Source: a virus
Lineage: Duplodnaviria > Caudoviricetes
Virus record (IMG/VR): IMGVR_UViG_3300046804_003398
Direction: 5' to 3' (one strand)
Length of the DNA: 64,000 nucleotides
Numbering within the stretch: the stretch's first letter is position 1; every line of letters starts with the position of its first letter. Position numbers and translations under genes: made by a program. Below the pieces are notes generated by a model. It saw only the letters and a program-made list of their open reading frames with translations. It had not been told where the DNA came from and made no database searches. Shown here piece after piece: positions 54,140 through 63,338 of this stretch.

Positions 54140-56359
54140 TCAACCAATTGCGTAGTTAAACCCAAAGTATTCGTTCTTATTTTTTGCGTATTGAGCAAAT
54201 GCTACTGCATTTGTTTTCATTCGTCGTTGAATTTGAGATGGACCACTTTTTGCATTTTGGTGATTCAAGTATTCTCTCGCAGCATTAGTCCAATCGCCAC
54301 TGTTCATCAATCCAATTGTTTTTGGTCCAATATCTCCTCTATACAACGCATTTATAATTGCGTTTTTGACATATGTTGGTAGACTTGTAAAATTACTAAT
54401 TTTCTTGGATGCTAATTTTTCTTTGGTCTTAACATCCACGTTAAACAACTTTTCAATTTGATCGTCTGTAAGTTTTTGTTGACCATTTAATACTTTATCA
54501 TAATCTACAGTATTTCCGAACAAAGCCTTAAATAATTGACGGTCTTGTTGACTATTATTTAGATAGTGACCAATTCCAATCGTAGGCAAACCAGCACTAT
54601 CTTTATAGACAGTATCTTTTTTGCCTTCCCAATGACCTATATAATCACTTGTTTTTTTGTTCAACAAAGAGGCCTCTGAATTTTTTATAGAGGTTTGTGT
54701 TATCGCAGGTTTGCCGGCGACTTTCGAGGCAGCAGCTTGTAACTTATCGCCTCCAGCCAAAGCCCCCAATCCAATTGCTCCGGCAGCAACCCAGTCTTTC
54801 CAACCTTCTTCAAGTTCTTTTGCAATTCTCACTTCGTCCAGCTTTCTACCTTCTGGACCAAAGTGATCTAGGTGGTGATACACATCGTCCAAGTATTCAC
54901 CGGCCAAGTTCAACTTAGCTTTCACCCAATCTTCCAACTCAGAATTTGGTTGCAACATCGACTCCAACTCTTTTGCGTCATTGTTGATTTGTTTCAATGC
55001 TCCCATAGCCATGCTACTATTGAACTCTTTCAACAACTGATTGGTAACTTCTTTATACACTTCTCTCACTGGTTTACTCTTTGTGTGTTTACCAGCTTTT
55101 CTTAACTGTCTAGCTCTACAATGAGCCTTTTGACCAAATCCCTTTGGATTGCTACAGTCTATGCTTCTCTTATACTTCATAGACCATTTCTCACTGATTT
55201 GATCAATTGGAGTTCCAGCCTCCTTTTCGTCTTGATAAAATTTCAAATAATCTCTGACTGTAGCTACATAATCACAAGCATGATTCAACTTAGCCTTTAC
55301 CCAGTCTTCCAAGTTATCATTTACATCAAACATCGATTGTAGTTCATCACTATATTTGATGATCTTATTCACATCACTTTGTGCCATCTCAGCATTTTCA
55401 TTTAACGAAGAATCTGTCCAGTTCTTGACATCAAGTTTTCCCTTTTGGTGTAATTTAGTCAAATCTGAATAATGAAACGAATACTTGTATAAGTCTTTCA
55501 ACCTCTTGGTCAATTCTGGAAATTGTTTGCCCAAACCAATCAACACTGTATCCACAGAACTTTGAGTCACTATATCTTTTGCTGGCGTTTTGGCTTTACC
55601 GAGAAGTTTAATCTTCTCCAACTTGGATATCAACTTCAAAGCATAGTTTTTATAAGCTTGATATGATTGATAGTTGGTCATAGCTACGTCGTTTGATTCA
55701 GTCATATTTCTAAGTTTTTGTAATGCTTTTGCGTAACCAGCTGGTAACTCTGATGCTCTCATGTGTGCTGTTTTTACGAACTCTTTTTCTTTCTTGGACA
55801 ACTTTGGTTTTTCAGATGATATCTTTGGACTAAATCCACTTACCAACTGAAACTCACTTGATGGACCAGTTCCGGCCATACCCATTTGAATATATGTGGC
55901 ACTAGATGGAAACTTGGTGAGATACTCCTTGAGTGCGTCATATTGATTTTGTGTAATGGCTGTATTCCATATACCCACAAAATAGTAATTCTTGTTGTGC
56001 AGATTCACAAGCCATGCACGACCACTCAAACATGTTTTTCTCAAAAATACCATGTCATCTTGATCCGCATACTTTTCTTTTCTTATGTCTTGTAGTTCTT
56101 TACTACTTGCCAAAACAGTTTCTTTATGATCCGATCCTTGACCACCTTTTAAGATCAATTTTTTATCACCGTCTGCATAAATGATAAAAGCATAACCATT
56201 TTCTTCGGTTGCTTGATACACCGTCTCAAACTTCTTCAATCCCAAAGAAAATGCTTTAAGGTTAAAACCCCGAGCAGATGGTGGTGTCCCCAGCCTGTCG
56301 CCGAAGCCACTCACCATATACTCGGAGTTTCCTATTTTGATCGGATATGCTTTGTCCAT
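54140..56359 (-). CDS. modular head-internal protein with C-terminal GH24 lysozyme
   Basis: Two LEDWVKAKLN repeats, KWSMKYKRSIDCSNPKGF module, hydrophobic WVAAGAIGLGALAGG, lysozyme E-x8-D-x5-T (HWEGKKDTVYKDSAGLPTIGIGH). Confidence 0.85.
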   Translation of the reverse strand: MDKAYPIKIGNSEYMVSGFGDRLGTPPSARGFNLKAFSLGLKKFETVYQATEENGYAFIIYADGDKKLILKGGQGSDHKETVLASSKELQDIRKEKYADQDDMVFLRKTCLSGRAWLVNLHNKNYYFVGIWNTAITQNQYDALKEYLTKFPSSATYIQMGMAGTGPSSEFQLVSGFSPKISSEKPKLSKKEKEFVKTAHMRASELPAGYAKALQKLRNMTESNDVAMTNYQSYQAYKNYALKLISKLEKIKLLGKAKTPAKDIVTQSSVDTVLIGLGKQFPELTKRLKDLYKYSFHYSDLTKLHQKGKLDVKNWTDSSLNENAEMAQSDVNKIIKYSDELQSMFDVNDNLEDWVKAKLNHACDYVATVRDYLKFYQDEKEAGTPIDQISEKWSMKYKRSIDCSNPKGFGQKAHCRARQLRKAGKHTKSKPVREVYKEVTNQLLKEFNSSMAMGALKQINNDAKELESMLQPNSELEDWVKAKLNLAGEYLDDVYHHLDHFGPEGRKLDEVRIAKELEEGWKDWVAAGAIGLGALAGGDKLQAAASKVAGKPAITQTSIKNSEASLLNKKTSDYIGHWEGKKDTVYKDSAGLPTIGIGHYLNNSQQDRQLFKALFGNTVDYDKVLNGQQKLTDDQIEKLFNVDVKTKEKLASKKISNFTSLPTYVKNAIINALYRGDIGPKTIGLMNSGDWTNAAREYLNHQNAKSGPSQIQRRMKTNAVAFAQYAKNKNEYFGFNYAIG

Positions 56360-56360
56360 A

Positions 56361-57665
56361 TTACTTCTTCTTCTTGAACTTACTCAAGGTCATTGCCAAT
56401 CGAGCACGTTGACCCAACTTGCCACCCTTCTTTGCGGCAGCTGCCAACTTAGCCTTTGGAATTTTTTCACCTTGTGGAACGTCCAATTGCTTGTGTAGAG
56501 CACCTTTCTTGGCTGGCTTGATTGCGTTCTTGATCCACTTCTTCTTGGTCTCTTCAATTTCCTTGGATTGTTCAAAGGTAATTTCACCAAGAGCTTCTTC
56601 ATCAGCACCTTCATCACCAGTGTCAGTGGACATTTGGGTCGCAGGAGTTTGTTCAGTTTCGTCACCACCAGTTTCTACTTCACTGTCAGATGGTGGTAGT
56701 TGATCAGCATCTTGAGTTGGAGCAGATGCTTGTGGTTCATCACTTGGTGGCAACTCGTTTCCTTCTGGAGCAAGTTGAGTCATCAAAAGATCATGCAACT
56801 TTTGTGCTAGATCTTTGTCAAGTGTGATAGTTACTGATTCTTGGTCAGCACCAACTTCTACTGGTTCGTCACCACCCTCTTGTTCACGAAGGTGCTTACG
56901 AATGATTTTCTTGATTGATTCTTTTAATTGTTTTTCTTTCATAGAGTAATGTTTGTTTTCTGCATATCCGACAAAATCGTATCCACTTCCGTATGTTCCA
57001 AGACCTTCAGGCGATGCTTCGGCTGGACTTGGACCATCGAAAACTTGTGAGACAACACTTTCACTTGGTGTTGATTCTTCGCTCATTCTCCAACCACCAC
57101 CTTTGGATTTATACCATCTAGCTGCCCAACCATTTGCATAGGCACTTGGATAAACATCAAACTTGGATCTAGCAGCTGCTTTTGCTCTTGCCCACAAAGC
57201 TGGATTTGTTGGTTTTGGTTTTTTCTTCTTACTGGCTTCTTGTAGTTGTATGTCGATGGTTTTATTGTGTTTACCTTCTCCATCAAAAGGATTGTTTGAT
57301 TTGTCAATTATTGGTGTGCTAGCTCTACCATCAACTTGACCATCTGATGTTCCACCAATACTACCTTTTACATTGCCTGGTCCTACACCATCTTCACCAA
57401 CTCTGGCTGGATCATTGAAACTTTGATCTGGGTCACCCAAACCAGAACTAGCAGATCCACCAAATTCGTCAGCCAAACCAGCCTTGATTAATTTGGTATA
57501 ATATTCAGGATCTTCGGTCAAATGATCCAATGCAATTTCTTGAGCAATCTTAGGATCATTGGTATGTTCCATTTCGACTTGAATACCAACACTGAGTTGA
57601 GTTGGATCAACGTCACCTGGATTGGTTAAATCACCTTTACCGCCTCCTAAATAGTTTATCTTCAT
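56361..57665 (-). CDS. modular head-internal protein (DUF5661-like plus basic modules)
   Basis: GIQVEMEHT..AQEIALDHLTEDPEYYTKL; PTNPALWARAKAAARSKFDVYPSAYANGW; KKWIKNAIKPAKKGALH..ARLAMTL. Confidence 0.8.
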   Translation of the reverse strand: MKINYLGGGKGDLTNPGDVDPTQLSVGIQVEMEHTNDPKIAQEIALDHLTEDPEYYTKLIKAGLADEFGGSASSGLGDPDQSFNDPARVGEDGVGPGNVKGSIGGTSDGQVDGRASTPIIDKSNNPFDGEGKHNKTIDIQLQEASKKKKPKPTNPALWARAKAAARSKFDVYPSAYANGWAARWYKSKGGGWRMSEESTPSESVVSQVFDGPSPAEASPEGLGTYGSGYDFVGYAENKHYSMKEKQLKESIKKIIRKHLREQEGGDEPVEVGADQESVTITLDKDLAQKLHDLLMTQLAPEGNELPPSDEPQASAPTQDADQLPPSDSEVETGGDETEQTPATQMSTDTGDEGADEEALGEITFEQSKEIEETKKKWIKNAIKPAKKGALHKQLDVPQGEKIPKAKLAAAAKKGGKLGQRARLAMTLSKFKKKK

Positions 57666-57868
57666 TTCTTTAAACCTTGTTGAAATTTTTGAAATCCTTT
57701 GCCACTGTCATATCCATAATCAATCATCCATCTACGTCCATGCATTGCTGGATGACCAATGATAGGATCATTTAGTTTTCCTTGTTGACCGATATAAGAC
57801 CAGTCGGCTGGCAACTTAGAAGGAGTCCTATATTGAGGCTTCTGTGAGTTGGCAAAGTTATTACTCAT
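57662..57868 (-). CDS. small hypothetical protein
   Basis: 68 aa; ATATTTATT upstream. Confidence 0.65.
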   Translation of the reverse strand: MSNNFANSQKPQYRTPSKLPADWSYIGQQGKLNDPIIGHPAMHGRRWMIDYGYDSGKGFQKFQQGLKK

Positions 57869-57883
57869 GTTAATAAATATAAA

Positions 57884-58432
57884 TTAGACCTGATAAATCC
57901 AACAAGTATCCTTAATAGTTATTCTATCTTTTGGAAACAGTTCATCTATAGCCTTAATGACACCCGCATGTTCTGGGTTGGTTGGGTCGTCCAAATTATA
58001 GTCATGACCCGCAAGAATACCCCCTTTTTTCACTTTTGGTAACCATGTGTCTATGTCGAGAGTGATACATTCATACAAATGACAAGCATCAATAAACACA
58101 AAGTCCAATGAATTATTCTCAAAATGTTCAGATCCTTCAACCGATGATCCACGAATATGTTTATATAAGTTAGGATTCTTGAGAAAACCATCCATATTAC
58201 CACGATATATTTGATATATTTCTTCCGCTGGCCAACTGTCCACAGACGTTAGTTGAATGTTTTTCTTGGAATTGATTATTTCCACAAGCATATAAGCCGC
58301 AGATCGTCCTTTCCACGATCCAATTTCAACAAACTTGCTGTTGTCTTTTGCTTGTTCAACAATCATTTTGTAAACGGAGGGATAGTTGAACCAATTTTCT
58401 CCGAAACTAACGTTAGTATATACATGTTCCAT
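57884..58432 (-). CDS. class I SAM methyltransferase (Methyltransf_24-like)
   Basis: FVEIGSWKGRS, VFIDACHLYE, GGILAGHDY. Confidence 0.9.
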   Translation of the reverse strand: MEHVYTNVSFGENWFNYPSVYKMIVEQAKDNSKFVEIGSWKGRSAAYMLVEIINSKKNIQLTSVDSWPAEEIYQIYRGNMDGFLKNPNLYKHIRGSSVEGSEHFENNSLDFVFIDACHLYECITLDIDTWLPKVKKGGILAGHDYNLDDPTNPEHAGVIKAIDELFPKDRITIKDTCWIYQV

Positions 58433-58491
58433 AACTCAAAAAATATCAATTATACGGGTATATAATACATATGTATGCTTCGGTAAATCAT

Positions 58492-59940
58492 ATGAAAATT
58501 ACTCTAATTATACCTCCTTCACCATTTCTACTTGATGAACGAGTGTTTCCAAGTCTTGGGTTGTTAAAAATAGCGTCAGTATTAAAATCCAAATACGATG
58601 TAAGTGTTTTGGACTTGAGTGGTATTAAAAATTACTTAGACGCATGTGAACATTATTTGCAAAATACAACCGACACAGTTTTCGGCATCACTGCTACCAC
58701 ACCTCAATTACCACATTCAATCAAGATCAAAGATTTAATCAAAAAATACAACAGTAATGCCAGAGTAATATTGGGTGGACCACACGTTACATTGATATAT
58801 TCCGCATTCAAGAGTAATCCAAATAAACGATCTACAGTAAACAAAGAAGCACTAGAACATCACTTTGATTGTTTGGTGAGTGGAGATGGAGAAAAGGCTA
58901 TATTTCCAGCTATCGAAACAGATACTAGATTTGTAGACGGTGATGATCCAAAGCAATCATTCTTTCTAACCAACGAAGATTATGAAAAGTTACCATATCC
59001 ATCCAGAGATTTGATCGACTTACATTCATATCATTATGCAATTGATAAAAAATCTGCAACAAGTATCATCGCACAACTTGGATGTCCATTCAATTGTGGT
59101 TTTTGTGGTGGTAGATTAAGCAATTCTCTACGCAGAATAAGAACTCGTAGTGGCAGTAACATTTTGAACGAAATCGAATATCTTCATAAAGAGTATGGAT
59201 ATGAAGGATTCATGTTCTATGACGACGAATTGAATGTAAACAAACAGTTTGAGAATCTATTGAACGACCTAATTGACCTACAAAAAAGATTGGGTGTGGA
59301 TTTCAGATTCAGAGGATTTGTCAAGAGTGAACTATTCACTGACTCACAAGCAAAGTTGATGTATGAAGCTGGGTTCAGATGGATATTGTGTGGATTTGAA
59401 GCTGGCAATGATCGTATTCTTGAAAATATTAACAAGAAGGCTACTTACGATGATAACGTGCGAGTCATTGAAAAGTGTAAGAAGTATGGATTGAAAATCA
59501 AGTCACTGATGAGTGTTGGACATCCCGGCGAAAGTGAACAAACCATCAACGACATATCCAACTTCTTGATCAAAAATGAGACGGATGATTTTGATTGTAG
59601 TGTGATTACTCCATACCCAGGAACTCCATACTATGACAAATCACTTCACATTGGAAATGATATTTACAAGTATACTGTGCCTAAGTCTGGTGACTCACTA
59701 TATTCCAAGAGTATCGATTACAGTGTGACCAGTAACTTTTATAAAGGTATTCCAGGCCAAAACTACGAAAGTTATGTTTACACCGATTACCTTAGTTCTA
59801 CAGAAATTGTCACATTACGTGATAAATTGGAAGCAGATGTTAGAAACAAATTGAAGATTCCATTCAATGCTTCAACTGCGGCAATATTGTATGAACACAG
59901 TATGGGACAGTCACTACCTAACTTTGTTTTGAAAAGTTAA
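58492..59940 (+). CDS. cobalamin-binding radical SAM enzyme (paralog A)
   Basis: B12-binding N-terminus (PSLGLLKIAS..GITATTPQ..LGGPH); GCPFNCGFC; DDELN; GFEAG. Confidence 0.92.
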   Translation: MKITLIIPPSPFLLDERVFPSLGLLKIASVLKSKYDVSVLDLSGIKNYLDACEHYLQNTTDTVFGITATTPQLPHSIKIKDLIKKYNSNARVILGGPHVTLIYSAFKSNPNKRSTVNKEALEHHFDCLVSGDGEKAIFPAIETDTRFVDGDDPKQSFFLTNEDYEKLPYPSRDLIDLHSYHYAIDKKSATSIIAQLGCPFNCGFCGGRLSNSLRRIRTRSGSNILNEIEYLHKEYGYEGFMFYDDELNVNKQFENLLNDLIDLQKRLGVDFRFRGFVKSELFTDSQAKLMYEAGFRWILCGFEAGNDRILENINKKATYDDNVRVIEKCKKYGLKIKSLMSVGHPGESEQTINDISNFLIKNETDDFDCSVITPYPGTPYYDKSLHIGNDIYKYTVPKSGDSLYSKSIDYSVTSNFYKGIPGQNYESYVYTDYLSSTEIVTLRDKLEADVRNKLKIPFNASTAAILYEHSMGQSLPNFVLKS

Positions 59941-60446
59941 TTGTAGTAGTCACCACGTTTCAAAGCATACTTGCGTGCTTTTAGAATCGTCATAACTTCC
60001 ATGAGAGCTTCATCCTTTTCATCTGGATATACGCCCAACATATGGAGTTTGCTGTAATACTTTGGATCTTTCTTTAGATTCTTGACCACAGCAGATTTTG
60101 CCACTTGACGATCCTTCAATACCAACTTCTTCATTTCATAATCAATACCCATGATAACTTCGTCTGGAGTTACTTTGTATTTGATTTGTTCTACGTCTTT
60201 AACATAATCCCAAGGATCTTGACCATTGTAAGGTGCGAATGGAGCAACCTTTGAAATCGAATCTTTTGAACTAACAGTCAACTTGCTTTTGTCATCCAAC
60301 GTTCCAAACTTGCTTGGGTCTTGTGTGACATCTGGACTACTGAACGTGTCAAAATCAGATGCACCAGTTATAGCTCCTCCTTGACCATAAGGAAGCCCTT
60401 GCATCATTCTATCGCCAGTATCTCCCACTTCGTTGATTTTTGACAT
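59937..60446 (-). CDS. head-internal-type protein with DUF5661-like C-terminus
   Basis: MSKINE; GIDYEMK..KNLKKDPKYYSKL parallels 56361; ATATTTATA upstream. Confidence 0.7.
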   Translation of the reverse strand: MSKINEVGDTGDRMMQGLPYGQGGAITGASDFDTFSSPDVTQDPSKFGTLDDKSKLTVSSKDSISKVAPFAPYNGQDPWDYVKDVEQIKYKVTPDEVIMGIDYEMKKLVLKDRQVAKSAVVKNLKKDPKYYSKLHMLGVYPDEKDEALMEVMTILKARKYALKRGDYYN

Positions 60447-60493
60447 ATGTATATAAATATGAACAATTACACAAACTCACCATAAAAAGATGA

Positions 60494-61924
60494 TCAGAAG
60501 AAGTTTGGTGATTGACCCATACTATGTTCGTATAACAAACTGTTTGTATTCAATTCTTTTTTGATACCCAACTCACTCAACACCGTGGTTTCCAACCAGT
60601 CTCTATAATACACCAATTGTTCACGGCTCAAATAATCCGTATAAACAAATGAGGTATACTGTCCCGGCACACCCTTGTAATATTCATACTCTTTAAAATT
60701 GTCTACCTCCACAGAATACAGACTATCGCCATTTACAGTATATTTCCAAATATTGTTATCAGTCAACACCGCATCGTCATAGTATTTGCTACCTGGTATC
60801 ACGGTAATTATCGTTACATCAAATTCGTCTGGTTTAACTGACAATAACCAATCATAGGTTTCTTTAACGGTTTGTTCAGACTCGCCTGGATGTCCGATAC
60901 TCATAAGAGCTTTAACACCAATACCATACTTTCTAGCGATTTCTATACATTTGGTATTCTCGGACTTGGTGGCTTTCTTGTTGATATTTTTCAAGATAAC
61001 GTCACTACCAGATTCAAATCCTACCAACAACTTCTTGAATCCAGCCTTAGCCATCAATTCTGCTTGAATCTCATTGAACAATTCTGCTTTGACACAACCT
61101 CTAAACAAAAACTCTACATTGTTTTGTCGTTGATACTCAATTAATTTCTTCAACAACTCATACACAGACGTTCCAACGTTCAATTCATCATCATAAAACA
61201 TAAATGCTCTGACATCATATGTTTTGTATAGTTGATCAATTTCGTTGATGATATTGTCTACGGTTCTGTTTCTAATCTTTCTGAATGTTGGGCTGTTTCG
61301 TCCACTACAAAATCCACAGTTAAAAGGACAACCAAGTTGACCTATCAAACTCAATCCCCTTTTTCCGTTGATGGTAAACTTGTAACTATTAACGTCGATG
61401 AGATGTCGAGCTGGCAACGGAAGTTCATCAAACTTTTTATCGGTCAAAAACAAATCCGAAGTTACATTATCTGCATCAACGTATTTTTCACCTTCTATAG
61501 CCTTGAACACAGCCAATTCACCATCACCACAAACTACTCGGTCAAACTCTTTCATTATGTTGTTCATTGCTTTTGTAGCACGACCAACAAAGTTCTTGGA
61601 TTGTTCTTTTTTGTAAGCAGAGTTTATCAGTGTAACATGTGGACCACCAAGAATCACAGGTATGTTAAATTCTTTTATTATCTGATTGATCAACACTACA
61701 TTTGGCAATTGAGGTGTCGTAGCAGTAATACCCACCAGATCAACTTGATTGGTGCCTAGATATTCTTTTATTGTATGTAGATATCCTCGGTCTCCCGACA
61801 AGTCCATGACATTTACATCATGATATGGCTCCAAAGCGGCAGCAACCTTAAGGATGCCCAATGACATAAAAACCTTTTCATCCAACAAAAATGGTGATGG
61901 AGGAATTATTAGTGTTATTTTCAC
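60494..61924 (-). CDS. cobalamin-binding radical SAM enzyme (paralog B)
   Basis: MSLGILKVAA..GITATTPQ..LGGPH; GCPFNCGFC; GFESG; GTG start overlapping the upstream stop. Confidence 0.92.
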   Translation of the reverse strand: MKITLIIPPSPFLLDEKVFMSLGILKVAAALEPYHDVNVMDLSGDRGYLHTIKEYLGTNQVDLVGITATTPQLPNVVLINQIIKEFNIPVILGGPHVTLINSAYKKEQSKNFVGRATKAMNNIMKEFDRVVCGDGELAVFKAIEGEKYVDADNVTSDLFLTDKKFDELPLPARHLIDVNSYKFTINGKRGLSLIGQLGCPFNCGFCSGRNSPTFRKIRNRTVDNIINEIDQLYKTYDVRAFMFYDDELNVGTSVYELLKKLIEYQRQNNVEFLFRGCVKAELFNEIQAELMAKAGFKKLLVGFESGSDVILKNINKKATKSENTKCIEIARKYGIGVKALMSIGHPGESEQTVKETYDWLLSVKPDEFDVTIITVIPGSKYYDDAVLTDNNIWKYTVNGDSLYSVEVDNFKEYEYYKGVPGQYTSFVYTDYLSREQLVYYRDWLETTVLSELGIKKELNTNSLLYEHSMGQSPNFF

Positions 61925-63291
61925 TTGAATTTTTTACTAAAATATGTGTGCCACTTCATCAAATCATCTTGAGACAACGCATCAGTGTATACTGTAGGAT
62001 TGTAGTGTTGACCTGGCGCAGCATTGTGAAAATGAACTTCTTCAGTCCAATCAATACCTATGTCATACAACTTGTCACCGTTCTCTGGAACTGTATACAC
62101 CCACACTCCTTTGTCGTTCTGAATTGCGTTATCAAAGTATACTGATGATGGCAAACATTCAATTATTGTAAAGTTTACGTCGCTCAATTTTACTTGATCC
62201 AACCATGCTTCGGTCTCTGCTAATGTTTCTGGTGTTTCACCTGGGTGACCCAAAGACATGATTGACTTAGAATACATACCAAACTCATGCACCCATTCAA
62301 CAACCTTGGTGTTAATTTCTTTGGTTGCCTTTTTATTCATGTTCTTCAATATTCGTTCAGAACCAGATTCAGCACCAGTAGCAATCACTTTGAATCCAGT
62401 ATCAGACATTGCTTTCATTTGTTCTCTGGTGCATAAGTTTGCTTTTACAAATGCTCTGAACTTAAAGGCTACACCCAACTCCATTTGAACGTCTTTGAGT
62501 TGATCCAACAACGTATTCAAGTTTGGATCAACGTTTAGTTCGTCGTCATAAAAAGTAAAATAAGTGTAACCATATGTTTTGTGTAGATGTTTGATTTCTT
62601 CTACGATCTTGAAGTTGGAGGTTCTACGTAGAGTTCTTCCATATTTGTCCATACGACTAGCACAGAATCTACATGAATATGGACATCCACGTTGAGACAT
62701 GATATTGATTGCATTATTCTCTTTGATCGTAACCATACCCAAATTATATGAATAACTGTCCACATCAATCAAATGTCGTGCGGGAAATGGAATAGTGTCC
62801 AAATAGTCATCTTCAACATAATATGGCGATAGTTTATGAGTAGCATCAATCAACTTTGGACTGTCTGGTTCAGCGGCTTTAAGTATTGCTTTTTCAGCAT
62901 CACCCATGACCAACACATCGTATGTATCATTCAAGTCACGTATGAGTTTTTCACATCTAACCGATTGTCTTCTTGATGCTTGAAATGCGTGGGTTACATG
63001 TGGTCCTCCGCCAATAACTCGGATCTTGGGATATTCTTTTCTGATTTCGTGAACCAGTCTACGACCCAATGGAACTTGACTACTTGTAAGACCAATACCA
63101 ACAACATCTGTTTTTAACTCAGACAATTGATCCAATGCTTTTGTTATATAATCTTTATCACCGGCAAGATCTAGTATCTTACAGTCTCTACCAGCATGTT
63201 CAATTGAAGCACCCAGATACAACAGACCAAGAGGCATAAGTGCTTTTTCATCGGTCAAGAATGGTGCTGGTAGGTTTACTAGAGGTATCAT
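61921..63291 (-). CDS. cobalamin-binding radical SAM enzyme (paralog C)
   Basis: MPLGLLYLGA..GGGPH; RGCPYSCRFC; DDELN; GAESG. Confidence 0.92.
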   Translation of the reverse strand: MIPLVNLPAPFLTDEKALMPLGLLYLGASIEHAGRDCKILDLAGDKDYITKALDQLSELKTDVVGIGLTSSQVPLGRRLVHEIRKEYPKIRVIGGGPHVTHAFQASRRQSVRCEKLIRDLNDTYDVLVMGDAEKAILKAAEPDSPKLIDATHKLSPYYVEDDYLDTIPFPARHLIDVDSYSYNLGMVTIKENNAINIMSQRGCPYSCRFCASRMDKYGRTLRRTSNFKIVEEIKHLHKTYGYTYFTFYDDELNVDPNLNTLLDQLKDVQMELGVAFKFRAFVKANLCTREQMKAMSDTGFKVIATGAESGSERILKNMNKKATKEINTKVVEWVHEFGMYSKSIMSLGHPGETPETLAETEAWLDQVKLSDVNFTIIECLPSSVYFDNAIQNDKGVWVYTVPENGDKLYDIGIDWTEEVHFHNAAPGQHYNPTVYTDALSQDDLMKWHTYFSKKFK

Positions 63292-63338
63292 ATGTTTACG
63301 ACCACAAATTATCTTTGTTAATAATATATATCTAACGT

